NCBI GenBank assembly: GCA_042218715.1
Contig: JBDGQU010000158.1
Coordinates: forward strand, 1-48,565
Direction: 5' to 3'
DNA length: 48,565 nt
Source of the DNA: Candidatus Bipolaricaulia bacterium
Lineage (GTDB): Bacteria > Bipolaricaulota > Bipolaricaulia > M55B111
The notes below the pieces were generated by a model. The model made no database searches. It was given only the letters and a program-made list of their open reading frames with translations, and was not told the origin of the DNA. Position numbers and translations under genes: made by a program. Of this stretch, positions 18,550 to 27,913 are shown one piece after another. The stretch's first letter is position 1. Each line of letters begins with the position of its first letter.

Positions 18550-19194
18550 ATGACCGGGAGGTTGGGGGTCCGATTAAATTCTCCCGTCGCCCCTCGAATT
18601 TGGATCTTACATTCTAAAGCATTAGAATTATCAGAGGGTTTTAATATTTTCCCGAAAAAGAACAAGAAAACGCCTTTCCTGATAGCTATTTCTTACCTGG
18701 CCGCTTTTCTTTTCATCCGGCTAATGGTCATACTGGCCGGGTCGGCGAATAGCGAAATCGCCCAAATAGTTAAGGGCGGAACGACACTGACTCATTTCCA
18801 TATCGGAAGGAATATAATTCTGTTCGGCTACCACATTCATCACTTTTACTTCGGTATTCTCCTTATTGGGATCGCGGGCTGGCTTGCAATAGCCGGTAGT
18901 CCTAATTTTAGCAAAGAAAAACTGGCCCTCGTTTACGGAGCCGGACTCGGTCTACTTATGGACGAAATTGGCCTGCTTTTGACCTGGGGTAACTACGCCT
19001 CCAGTATTAGTTACCTGCTCGGCGTCTTCCTGCTGGGAATAATCCTCAGCCTTGTCTACTTTCCCAGGTTCTGGAGAAGCATCCGTCTTAATATACCGGG
19101 GGCCAAATATCCACTCTCACTGATCAACAAGGCTTCGGATAAGATTATCGACCTGGCCGACAGGCTAGTCGGAAAAGAGCCAAAAGAAGACTAG
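18550..19194 (+). CDS. Hypothetical polytopic membrane protein
   Basis: 214-aa ORF with 4-5 hydrophobic helices and an HIHHFYFG motif. The start codon is uncertain. Confidence 0.45.
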   Translation: MTGRLGVRLNSPVAPRIWILHSKALELSEGFNIFPKKNKKTPFLIAISYLAAFLFIRLMVILAGSANSEIAQIVKGGTTLTHFHIGRNIILFGYHIHHFYFGILLIGIAGWLAIAGSPNFSKEKLALVYGAGLGLLMDEIGLLLTWGNYASSISYLLGVFLLGIILSLVYFPRFWRSIRLNIPGAKYPLSLINKASDKIIDLADRLVGKEPKED

Positions 19195-19203
19195 ATTACG
19201 TTC

Positions 19204-19884
19204 CTAAGATTGGGACCTGGTTACGACCAAATATACCAAGGCAAAAGCAAACAGTATAAAAACGAATCCAGCCACGACCAGACCTATGCCAATTCCCTTT
19301 AACATGGGGACTTTTACTCCAATCTTTCCAGTTATATCCAGGCCTCTGGACGCGTCGTGGTTCATCAAAAGTAGAGAGTAACGACCTTCTTCAAGTCCCC
19401 AGCGAAGTACCTGGGTGCCGCTACCAACGGTTGAGGCGACCCAGAAATCCTTTTCAGTAGGTGGTTTCGAAGGTGCTTCGCCCGGATACTCCCTGTAAGA
19501 TATTCTCGGCGAACCGAACGGTTGGTTGATGTGTAACTCCACGATTTCGTCGTAAGCCACTCCGCTCAAATAGTCCAGGAGGTCCTTCTCCTCCGCTATT
19601 CCAATAAAGGACTTTTTGACCCTGTTGTTAGTGGCGGAAAGTTTTACCTTTACGAGATTCGACCAATCAAAAAACCAGGTCGGGCCAAACTCTATACGTG
19701 CCGGATAGGTAGTTACACCGTAAGAATTTCGCTCAATATCTATTGTCCTCGTCGTATAATATCCTTCGGAATCCCTAAGGAAAGCATTTGACCACCAGAG
19801 AGCTCCACCACCGGCTACTAAACCCAAACCTATCAACAAAATGAATACTGAAACGATAATCAGAAATATCCTGCCACCACTCAT
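19204..19884 (-). CDS. Hypothetical bitopic membrane protein (TM helix at each end, beta-rich central domain)
   Basis: 226-aa ORF with no recognisable catalytic motif. Confidence 0.45.
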   Translation of the reverse strand: MSGGRIFLIIVSVFILLIGLGLVAGGGALWWSNAFLRDSEGYYTTRTIDIERNSYGVTTYPARIEFGPTWFFDWSNLVKVKLSATNNRVKKSFIGIAEEKDLLDYLSGVAYDEIVELHINQPFGSPRISYREYPGEAPSKPPTEKDFWVASTVGSGTQVLRWGLEEGRYSLLLMNHDASRGLDITGKIGVKVPMLKGIGIGLVVAGFVFILFAFALVYLVVTRSQS

Positions 19885-19916
19885 ACATACCTCCTCGGAA
19901 ATTATTTAAGGAATAC

Positions 19917-20621
19917 CTATTCCCAGCCGTTAAAGGTGAATGACGGGTACTTGTCCGTTATCAACAGGAACACGTAGGCCAGCACCCGAAGATTCCAGTG
20001 GAATACGTTCACTACGAACTTAAATAGCTCCCTTGGGTACCGTCCGGTAAACAATATGGCAAACCAGGCCAGGATAATTACCATTGTAGTCGCGGTATTA
20101 AGAAAGAACAAAACAAAGTAATGGGGTATAGCCAGGAACCACTTAACCAGGGGTTTCCAGGAAGTTAGTTCTTCCGAGACTTCCGGATAATGCAGGTCCA
20201 GGTGGACGCCCTGTTCGTCGTCAGTCGACGGGTAAACGTCCGTAAGTAGTGCCATGTAGGAAAACACTCTCGCTCCAAACTTTGCCAGTTGGAGGTTCCA
20301 GTCGAACCACCACCGGGGATATTTGCTCCGAAAGATAATCATCAGAGCTGTCGGAACAACCACAAAAGCGGCAGCTCCAGTCTCCTGCCACTCCAGGTGG
20401 CTAAACCATCCCCAATCCCAGGGTACCGACTCCCAGAAAACGGGACCGCCGGATAAGGTCCCAAGAATTATTAAAATGGGTATAGCCACAATAGGCCGAA
20501 AAAACGTCGTAACTCTGTCCAGTTCTCTGTCGGGGTAATCAATTTCCAATCTAGTTGGTTTTTCTCTACTCGCTTCTTCCATCTGTATATTCCTCCTTGA
20601 TACCATTCTCGTGCTCTCCAA
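19917..20621 (-). CDS. DUF4389-like membrane protein
   Basis: GRYPRELFKFVVNVFHWNLRVLAYVFLLITDKYPSFTF matches my memory of the DUF4389 signature. Confidence 0.6.
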   Translation of the reverse strand: MESTRMVSRRNIQMEEASREKPTRLEIDYPDRELDRVTTFFRPIVAIPILIILGTLSGGPVFWESVPWDWGWFSHLEWQETGAAAFVVVPTALMIIFRSKYPRWWFDWNLQLAKFGARVFSYMALLTDVYPSTDDEQGVHLDLHYPEVSEELTSWKPLVKWFLAIPHYFVLFFLNTATTMVIILAWFAILFTGRYPRELFKFVVNVFHWNLRVLAYVFLLITDKYPSFTFNGWE

Positions 20622-21122
20622 AACTTAATAAGAGCAGGTCTAACTGTCGTAAACTAATTATAACCTGTACTAAGCGGTTTAACACGTTATCTCAAAGGAG
20701 TGGGGTTATCCATAAGTTTCGTCCTGCAGGAGATTTTGTAGATTTATCTAATTCAGAAGATTGGGGACGGTATAATAAAATCAGGAGGTCCGAACTTAAC
20801 CCAGTTTTTAGCTTGGGTTGTTTCTAGAGTGGGTTAAGTTTTTCCGGTGCTAGAAGTTAAATATTTCTTTCATTAAAATCAAATTAATACCAAAATTGTG
20901 TGGTTTTATTTCTAGCTTTAAAAAATTGTTTTACTTTGTAAGTTTTTTAATAAAGCAGATACCAGTCCCAGAGGAAGAGGCTTCTAGAAACCCAGTTGAT
21001 TGACCCCCGGGTAAGTCCTGGGTATTCTCAGCTAACTTTGGTAATATGGTTTACTAACTGTTTTAGTTTTTTCTGTAAAGAGTTGGGTCAAATTTAGGTA
21101 ATAAACTTAGGGGGTATCGAAT

Positions 21123-21209
21123 ATGGGTGGAAGGATATTGCTGGCAATAGTTGCTGGGTTCATATTCCTCTACCTCGGCTACGTTCTGCTTTACCCGGAG
21201 AGGTTCTAA
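21123..21209 (+). CDS. kdpF: KdpF, small subunit of the K+-transporting ATPase (not in the ORF track)
   Basis: 28 codons, MGGRILLAIVAGFIFLYLGYVLLYPERF: a single TM helix with a KdpF-typical ...LLxPExF end. AGGGGG lies 8 nt upstream, and the stop is 1 nt before the kdpA ATG. Confidence 0.75.
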   Translation: MGGRILLAIVAGFIFLYLGYVLLYPERF

Positions 21210-21210
21210 A

Positions 21211-22947
21211 ATGTTCTTCGGAATAATTCTTCCACTGGCTTTGTTTTTCCTGATTCTGGCCGGTCTGGTTTACGTCGTAGGGGAATATCTCGGCTGGTCC
21301 TTCCGGGAAGAGATGAGGGTAGAGGACGGATTCCCAAAGGTTTTCGACTACCTGGAACGGTACGTGGAGAAACCGATACTGGAGCCGATTGAGCGCCTAA
21401 TTTACCGGGTCAGTGGAATAGACCCGTCGGTTTCGATGAACTGGAAGACGTACCTGTTGAGTGCCCTCTGGCTCAACCTGATTCTGTTCGTCTTCCTGTA
21501 CCTGATCTTTCTGTTCCAGGGCGGACTTCCGCTCAATCCCGCGGACGCAGGGAACCTCGACTGGGACCTTGCTTTCCACAACGCAGCGACCTTCGTATCC
21601 AACACAAATCAGCAACACTACGCGGGCGAGACGGCCCTGTCCTACTTCTCCCAGGTGGGGGCAGTACTTTTAGCGATGTTCGTCTCGGCCGCTAGCGGCC
21701 TGGGCCTGTTGCTTGGTTTCGCCAGGGGGTTGACCAACGAGGAGGACCCCCGGCTGGGTAACTTCTATACCGTCTTCGTCAAGTCGTTGACCAGGTTTCT
21801 GTTACCGATTAGTTTCGTCCTGGCGTTGTTTCTGATCAGCCAGGGCGTGCCTCAGACCTTCTCCGGTCCGATTTCGGTCACGACTCTGGAGGGAGCGACA
21901 CAGACGATCGCCCGGGGGCCGGTTGCGACCCACGAAGCAATAAAGATGTTCGGCACAAACGGAGGCGGGTTCTTCGCCGCCAATGCCGCCCATCCGTTCG
22001 AGAACCCGACGCCATTTAGCAACGTGGTGCTTAATTTGTTCTTGCTTGTGGGAACGGTATCCAACTTCTACGCCTTCGGTATCTGGATGAAGAAGCGAAA
22101 ACACGGGCTCGTGCTGGTCGGAGCGGTCTCGGTACTCGTATTGATATTTCTGGCAATGGCGGTTGGCGGAGAAATGGGGGGCAATCCCGCTCTTAACGGA
22201 CTAGGTATAGATCAGGCCAAGGGTAATATGGAAGGCAAAGAAGTTAGATTTGGAGCCACCCTCAGTGCCCTGTGGGCCGTGTCGACTACGTCTACGACCT
22301 CCGGCTCGGTGAACTCAATGCACGACAGCTTTACGGCGTTGGGAGGACTCGCTCTCTTCCTCGGAATGAGCCTCAATTCGCTGTTTGCCGGGGTTGGTAC
22401 AGGGGTAATGAACCTGCTTACCTACGTCTTCCTCGCCGCCTTCATGGGAGCGTTGATGATCGGACGAGCTCCGGTCTACCTGGGAAAGAAGCTGGAATCG
22501 GACGAGATAAAGTTCGCGGCGATGATAATCCTTTTGCTTCCAACGCTGGTCCTGTTCCCGACCGGCATCGCAGTGATAACTAACATGGGCAAAGAGGCGA
22601 TAACAAACCCCGGATTCCACGGGTTCAGCCAGATAATGTATGAGTTCTTCTCCGCCGCGGCCAACAACGGCTCCGGCTTTGAGGGACTAATGGACGATAC
22701 GGTATTTTACAACCTGGCCGGAGGATCGGTCATCCTTCTCGCCAGGTACGTGCCTCTGGTATTACAGATGATGATAGCCGGATCGCTGGCGAAAAAGAAG
22801 ATCCGACCGGAGACCGAAGGAACGCTTAAAGTCGAAAACGTTCCGTTTCTGGTACTTTTGCTGGTGATCATGGTAGTGATCGGTGGGCTGGTATTCATAC
22901 CGGCCCTATCTCTCGGGCCGATCGCGGAACTTCTCTCGTTGTGGTGA
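21211..22947 (+). CDS. kdpA: K+-transporting ATPase subunit A
   Basis: 578-aa polytopic protein with NTNQQHY, FGTNGGGF and TTSGSVN selectivity-filter-like motifs. ATG at 21211 is preferred because the track start at 21151 would overlap kdpF. Confidence 0.9.
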   Translation: MFFGIILPLALFFLILAGLVYVVGEYLGWSFREEMRVEDGFPKVFDYLERYVEKPILEPIERLIYRVSGIDPSVSMNWKTYLLSALWLNLILFVFLYLIFLFQGGLPLNPADAGNLDWDLAFHNAATFVSNTNQQHYAGETALSYFSQVGAVLLAMFVSAASGLGLLLGFARGLTNEEDPRLGNFYTVFVKSLTRFLLPISFVLALFLISQGVPQTFSGPISVTTLEGATQTIARGPVATHEAIKMFGTNGGGFFAANAAHPFENPTPFSNVVLNLFLLVGTVSNFYAFGIWMKKRKHGLVLVGAVSVLVLIFLAMAVGGEMGGNPALNGLGIDQAKGNMEGKEVRFGATLSALWAVSTTSTTSGSVNSMHDSFTALGGLALFLGMSLNSLFAGVGTGVMNLLTYVFLAAFMGALMIGRAPVYLGKKLESDEIKFAAMIILLLPTLVLFPTGIAVITNMGKEAITNPGFHGFSQIMYEFFSAAANNGSGFEGLMDDTVFYNLAGGSVILLARYVPLVLQMMIAGSLAKKKIRPETEGTLKVENVPFLVLLLVIMVVIGGLVFIPALSLGPIAELLSLW

Positions 22948-22953
22948 TAGGAA

Positions 22954-24981
22954 ATGGATAGAGAACAGGTACTACAGGCGCTCGGACAGGCCATAAAGAA
23001 GCTTAGTCCGACCTATCTTGTGAAAAACCCCGTAATATTCGTGACCGAGATCAGCACGATCATCGTAATTGTCCTTACCATAATACCGGGGTTTTTCGGC
23101 GGAAGCCAGGGAAGATGGTACTATTCGGCGATCTCGGTTGTGCTGTTGTTCACGGTAATATTTGCCACTTTTGCCGAGTCACTAGCGGAAACCCAGGGAG
23201 AGGCACACGCGGAGAGCCTCCGGGCGATGAAGGAGGAAGTAACCGGAAAGAGGCTCAAAGAAAACGCCTCGCTTGAGGAGATAGACGAAGGAATCCTGGA
23301 GGAGGTCGAGTCCGACAACCTGGAGAAAGGTGACCTCGTCTACGTCGAGGAAGGGGACATGATACCCAGGGACGGCTCAATAGTCGAAGGTTCGGCCTCG
23401 ATTGACGAGTCGGCAATCACTGGAGAATCGGAGCCGGTCATCCGCCAGAGCGGCGGCGACAAGAGCTCGGTTACCGGTGGTACGGAAGTACTGAGCGATC
23501 AGCTAAAGATCGAGATCACCGCGGCCGCCGGAGAATCGTTCATGGACGAGATGATCGGCCTGGTGGAGAGCGCCAGCCGGGAGAAGACGCCGAACGAGAT
23601 CTCCCTGACACTCCTATTAGCCAGTTTTACCTTCATCTACATGCTCGTCGTAACCACACTGACCTTCTTCGGGGACTTCGTCAGGTTGAACGTGGAAGTG
23701 GCGGACCAGATCGCCCTGTTGATAGGACTCATTCCAACCACGGTCGGGGCCCTGCTTTCGGCGATCAGAATTGCGGGCATGACTAGAGTTACCAGGGACA
23801 ACGTAATAGCCAAGTCCGGCAAGGCAGTCGAGTCCGCCGGCGACCTGGACGTGCTGATCCTGGACAAGACGGGGACCATTACAACCGGAGAACGGGCGGC
23901 GACGAGTTTCGTTCCCGTAGACGGCACGGATAAAGAGGCGGTCGTCGACGCGGCGCTTAAGTCCTCGTTTTACGACGAGACGACCGAGGGTAGATCCATC
24001 GTAGCGCTGGCCGAACACGAGGGAGAAGAAGCTGGCAAAGAGGAACTACCCGAAGACGGGTTCATCGAGTTCAGCGCCGAGACGGGAATGAGTGGTATTG
24101 ATCTGGCGGACGGAACCGAGATCAGAAAGGGCTCGGTGGACGCGATCAAGGACTACGCCGACTCCGCTCCGGACGAGCTGGACGATAAGGCAGCGGAAGT
24201 GGCGGATTCGGGCGGCACGCCGCTCGGTCTGGCCGTAGACGGTCAGGTGGTCGGCCTAATAGAATTACAGGACGAACTGAAAACGGGGATCGGCGAAAGG
24301 ATAGCCGAGCTCCAGAAGATGGGCATCAAGACGATAATGTGTACCGGAGACAACGAACGGACCGCCCGCTACATTGCCGAAAAGGCCGGACTGGACGAAT
24401 ACTACGCCGAGTTCCAGCCCGAGGAGAAGATCGGGTTGGTCGAAGACGAAAAAGCCAAGGGTCACATGGTAGGGATGACCGGGGACGGGACCAACGACGC
24501 CCCGGCGCTCGCCAAGGCGGACGTAGGGTTGGCGATGAACGCCGGTACAGCGGCGGCAAAAGAGGCCGGAAACATGGTGGACATGGATTCGGACCCGACC
24601 AAATTGATCGAAGTGGTCGGTATCGGCAAGCAGCTGTTGATGACCAGGGGATCGCTGACCACCTTCAGTATCGCCAACGACGTCTCGCGTTACTTTGCCC
24701 TGGTACCGGCAATATTTTCGGCAAGCATTCCGGCACTGGGCAAGATGAACCTGATGAACCTCCATTCCCTGCAGAGCGTGGTCATCTCCTCGCTGATCTA
24801 CAACAGCCTGATCATACCATTCCTTGTCCCCCTGGCAATGCGGGGTGTCGAGTACAAACCGGTCAGCGCGTCTCAACTACTGGTTCGGAACATGTTGATT
24901 TACGGAGGTAGCGGACTAATCGTCCCGTTTCTCTCCATTAAGTTAATCGACTGGCTATTGGTCACAGTGGGGGTGTTTTAA
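22954..24981 (+). CDS. kdpB: K+-transporting P-type ATPase subunit B
   Basis: DKTGTIT phosphorylation motif, [13 protein letters not shown] hinge and ITGESEPV. Confidence 0.95.
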   Translation: MDREQVLQALGQAIKKLSPTYLVKNPVIFVTEISTIIVIVLTIIPGFFGGSQGRWYYSAISVVLLFTVIFATFAESLAETQGEAHAESLRAMKEEVTGKRLKENASLEEIDEGILEEVESDNLEKGDLVYVEEGDMIPRDGSIVEGSASIDESAITGESEPVIRQSGGDKSSVTGGTEVLSDQLKIEITAAAGESFMDEMIGLVESASREKTPNEISLTLLLASFTFIYMLVVTTLTFFGDFVRLNVEVADQIALLIGLIPTTVGALLSAIRIAGMTRVTRDNVIAKSGKAVESAGDLDVLILDKTGTITTGERAATSFVPVDGTDKEAVVDAALKSSFYDETTEGRSIVALAEHEGEEAGKEELPEDGFIEFSAETGMSGIDLADGTEIRKGSVDAIKDYADSAPDELDDKAAEVADSGGTPLGLAVDGQVVGLIELQDELKTGIGERIAELQKMGIKTIMCTGDNERTARYIAEKAGLDEYYAEFQPEEKIGLVEDEKAKGHMVGMTGDGTNDAPALAKADVGLAMNAGTAAAKEAGNMVDMDSDPTKLIEVVGIGKQLLMTRGSLTTFSIANDVSRYFALVPAIFSASIPALGKMNLMNLHSLQSVVISSLIYNSLIIPFLVPLAMRGVEYKPVSASQLLVRNMLIYGGSGLIVPFLSIKLIDWLLVTVGVF

Positions 24982-24983
24982 CA

Positions 24984-25679
24984 TTGACTGACGAAACGGT
25001 CGAAGAAGAGCCGGGCGAAGGGAAACCGGAAGAAAAGGAACTCAAAGAGGAAGAACAAATCGAGGAGGAGGAAGTCTCCTACCCCGACACGGACGAGCTA
25101 AGTACTTTCAGGATGTTTGCCACCGGCGGACGAGCCCTTTTGATCTCGATACTGCTTACCAGCGTCCTCTACGTCCTCGCCACGACGGGTATAGGTAACC
25201 TCGCCTGGCCGGGATCCGCCCGGGGCAACCCGGTAAAGCTTGACGGTGAAATCGTCGGCTCCAAGCTGATCGGTCAATCCTTTAGCTCGGACAAGTACTT
25301 TCACCCCAGACCCTCCTCTAAAAATTACGACGCCATGGACTCGGGCAGCGCCAACCTGGCGCCAACTAACGACAGGATAACCGGGAGGGCGAAAGCAATA
25401 CTGGAAGAGTTAAAACAGGAGGGCGTAAAACCGGAACAGGTGCCAGTCAGCTTCGTCACCGAATCCGGGTCCGCCCTCGATCCTCACATCGTGCCCGAAT
25501 CCGCTTACCTGCAGGTCCCGAGAGTCTCCGAGGCTACGGGGCTCGATCCGGAAAGGTTGAGAGAGTTAATCGACGATCGAACTCAGGGTAAATTCCTCGG
25601 TCTGTACGGTCTGGAGAGAGTGAACGTATTAGCGTTGAATACAGAAGTGAAAAAACTTTTGGAGACTTCCCATGAATGA
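24984..25679 (+). CDS. kdpC: K+-transporting ATPase subunit C with an acidic ~43-aa N-terminal extension (TTG start; alternative ATG at 25113)
   Basis: GSKLIGQSF, SGSANLAPTN and ESGSALDPHI are KdpC signatures. Confidence 0.85.
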   Translation: MTDETVEEEPGEGKPEEKELKEEEQIEEEEVSYPDTDELSTFRMFATGGRALLISILLTSVLYVLATTGIGNLAWPGSARGNPVKLDGEIVGSKLIGQSFSSDKYFHPRPSSKNYDAMDSGSANLAPTNDRITGRAKAILEELKQEGVKPEQVPVSFVTESGSALDPHIVPESAYLQVPRVSEATGLDPERLRELIDDRTQGKFLGLYGLERVNVLALNTEVKKLLETSHE

Positions 25680-26574
25680 AAAAAATAAAGAACTTTCGCT
25701 TGCAGAATTCGAATATGATGACGTGTTAATCTCCGTAGCCAACCCGGAAAACGCCAAACAGCTGGTGAAGCTTGCTAAATTGATTACGACGAGTCGAGCG
25801 ACCTTTCATATCATGAACGTGACAAGAGATAAGTCCTTCCCCGAACGGGAACGATCCTGGCGTCAGGGGACGGAACTAGTAATGGATACCACTCATTACG
25901 CTCAGCGGTTAGGCCGGACCGCCGCACCCCTAGCGTCCACTTCTAGTTCAATTCCAAAGGCCATATTGAATGCTGTTGAAAATGTCGAAGCGGGTTTGGT
26001 AATTATGGGCTGGTTCGGAAGAATAACCCCGGTTGCAGTTAGGCGAAGTTCCGTGGTAAACAAAGTATTACACAAAGCCCCCTGTGACGTTGGAGTGTTT
26101 AAATCCCGGAATACTCTTGAGGAAGTCAGTAAAGTCGTGATGCCGGTCGGACCAAGTAATCCAAGACACAAACGTCTGGCAATAGTCGATAGGTTGCTCA
26201 ACCAGACCAAAGCGGAAGGTAAGTTAATCCACATTCTGACACCCGATACGGGAGAAAACGCAAACGAGAAAGCTCTAGAACGTCTAAATGAAGTCAAAGA
26301 AATGCTCTCGGCCAAGACCGAAACAAGTATTATCAACGCAAGTTCCGTGCTTCAGGGGTTGTTATCCGGGAGTCAAGCCGCCGATTTGATCGTTATAGGT
26401 CCTGGCAGGGAATGGGTTTTTGATAGATTTTTATTTGGCAGGACGGCGGACAATCTAACTAATCGAGTTGATACATCCGTCTTAATGTTCAAGGGAAGTG
26501 AGCATAAAATGGTTGCCTGGTCAAGAGGTTTACTAAAAGCCCTGACCGACCTGGCCAAACGTCCTTTCAGTTAG
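25672..26574 (+). CDS. Tandem universal stress protein (USP) domain protein
   Basis: 300 aa with two USP-like halves (VLISVANPENA...GLVIMGW and VVMPVGPSN...DLIVIGPG). Its ATG overlaps the kdpC stop (ATGAATGA). Confidence 0.7.
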   Translation: MNEKNKELSLAEFEYDDVLISVANPENAKQLVKLAKLITTSRATFHIMNVTRDKSFPERERSWRQGTELVMDTTHYAQRLGRTAAPLASTSSSIPKAILNAVENVEAGLVIMGWFGRITPVAVRRSSVVNKVLHKAPCDVGVFKSRNTLEEVSKVVMPVGPSNPRHKRLAIVDRLLNQTKAEGKLIHILTPDTGENANEKALERLNEVKEMLSAKTETSIINASSVLQGLLSGSQAADLIVIGPGREWVFDRFLFGRTADNLTNRVDTSVLMFKGSEHKMVAWSRGLLKALTDLAKRPFS

Positions 26575-26598
26575 TACACCTCAGGGGTCACCAACAAT

Positions 26599-27873
26599 AT
26601 GAGGCTAATTCAAGCAGTAGTCCCGGAAGGGAAGAAAGAAGAAATAATTGACCTCCTCACTGAAAAAGGGATCGATTACGTTATAAGTCCGGAAACCTCT
26701 CAGAGAAAGTACAGCGACGTATTGTTTTTTCCCATCCCAAAGGAGGGCGTAGAGGAAATTCTGGACGAACTTAGAAATACGGGCCTGGAAGAAAACGGCT
26801 TTACCGTAGTAACCAAAGCCGAAGCAATCGTAGCAAGGGAGTTCGAGGAGTTAAAGGAGAGATATAAAAAGTCGGAAGAAACTGATGAAAGCAAGGTAGC
26901 TCGGCAGGAACTAAAAGCAAGCGCGGAGAATCTTTCCCCTTCTTCCCCGACATATTACCTTCTTTTACTGGCCGCCTCGCTAATTGCTTCAGCCGGCATC
27001 CTTATGGACAACGCGGCGGTAGTAGTAGGGTCTATGGTCATCGCCCCACTCATTGGTCCCGCAATGGTTAGCTGCGTCGGGACGATAATAAACGACCAGC
27101 CATTATTTTACTCTGGAGTGAAGAAACAAATACTGGGTGTACTCCTCGCAGTTTCCAGCAGCATCGCATTTAGCAGGTTAGCTCTATCCGTAATGCTACC
27201 GGCAAACTTGGACCTTCTCTCGTTAACCCAGATAACTCACCAGATAAATCCGGGGTTTCTCAGTCTGGTAGTTGCTCTTGGTTCCGGACTGGCTGGCGCT
27301 TTCTCCCTTACCGCGGGAATTAATTCCGCTCTTGTAGGCGTAATGATTTCCGTGGCGTTACTACCTCCAGCGGCTGCTGCCGGAATAGGGATTGCCACCT
27401 TAAACCTGAAAATCGCTTCGAGTGCCGGGATTATTCTGGCAATCAATATAGTAAGCATAAACCTCGCCGGAACCTTCACACTCTGGTTTCAGGGCTACAA
27501 GCCCGGGAAATGGTACGAACAGAAAGGAGCGAAAAGAGCTACAAAAAGTAGAATACTGGTTCTAATGATTCTATTATTAGTAATTGCCGTCTTCCTGGGA
27601 TTGATGACCTGGGAGGTACGGAGAGAAGCTAGGCTCGAAACACGGTTGCAGAAGATAACGGAAACGATTTTGACCGAGGCAAATGCCAACCTCACCGAGT
27701 TTTCGGTTAAAAAAACCGGGCTCTTTTTCCAAAAAATAGTGGGAATATCGGCGGAATACCGGGCTAAAACTTTCAGGGAAAATCTAGCAACAACAATTGA
27801 TAAAAAACTGGAAAGTTATCTGGGAAGAAGCATCGATTTGAACCTCAGTTATACGAGAGTTACAACCGGATGA
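26599..27873 (+). CDS. DUF389 (TIGR00341-like) membrane protein with an N-terminal soluble alpha/beta domain
   Basis: A ~110-aa soluble N-terminus, then a hydrophobic domain with GSMVIAPLIGP...ALVGVMISVALLPP, typical of DUF389. Confidence 0.6.
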   Translation: MRLIQAVVPEGKKEEIIDLLTEKGIDYVISPETSQRKYSDVLFFPIPKEGVEEILDELRNTGLEENGFTVVTKAEAIVAREFEELKERYKKSEETDESKVARQELKASAENLSPSSPTYYLLLLAASLIASAGILMDNAAVVVGSMVIAPLIGPAMVSCVGTIINDQPLFYSGVKKQILGVLLAVSSSIAFSRLALSVMLPANLDLLSLTQITHQINPGFLSLVVALGSGLAGAFSLTAGINSALVGVMISVALLPPAAAAGIGIATLNLKIASSAGIILAINIVSINLAGTFTLWFQGYKPGKWYEQKGAKRATKSRILVLMILLLVIAVFLGLMTWEVRREARLETRLQKITETILTEANANLTEFSVKKTGLFFQKIVGISAEYRAKTFRENLATTIDKKLESYLGRSIDLNLSYTRVTTG

Positions 27874-27913
27874 CTTATTCATTTACTTCTCTTCTCAAGG
27901 GGGTAAAAAGCGG

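Noticed and set aside
20555-20827. 90-aa ORF on the plus strand upstream of kdp.
   Set aside because: It begins inside the DUF4389 gene on the opposite strand and has no SD. It ends within the inverted repeat at 20793-20840, so it is most likely non-coding.
20622-21122. c-di-AMP (ydaO-type) riboswitch upstream of kdpF.
   Set aside because: I could not find the expected conserved core elements (GGGGACCCA-like, GAAUCC and CCGA blocks). The region is mostly A+T-rich spacer. A covariance-model scan would be needed to be sure.
21397-24911. Many long antisense or alternative-frame ORFs inside kdpA and kdpB, for example 24265-24876 (-, 203 aa), 24339-24911 (+, 190 aa) and 23617-24018 (-, 133 aa).
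   Set aside because: They fully overlap strongly conserved KdpA/KdpB reading frames. Their translations are Arg/Gly/Pro-rich and low in complexity, and they appear only where G+C is high. They are a composition artefact, not genes.
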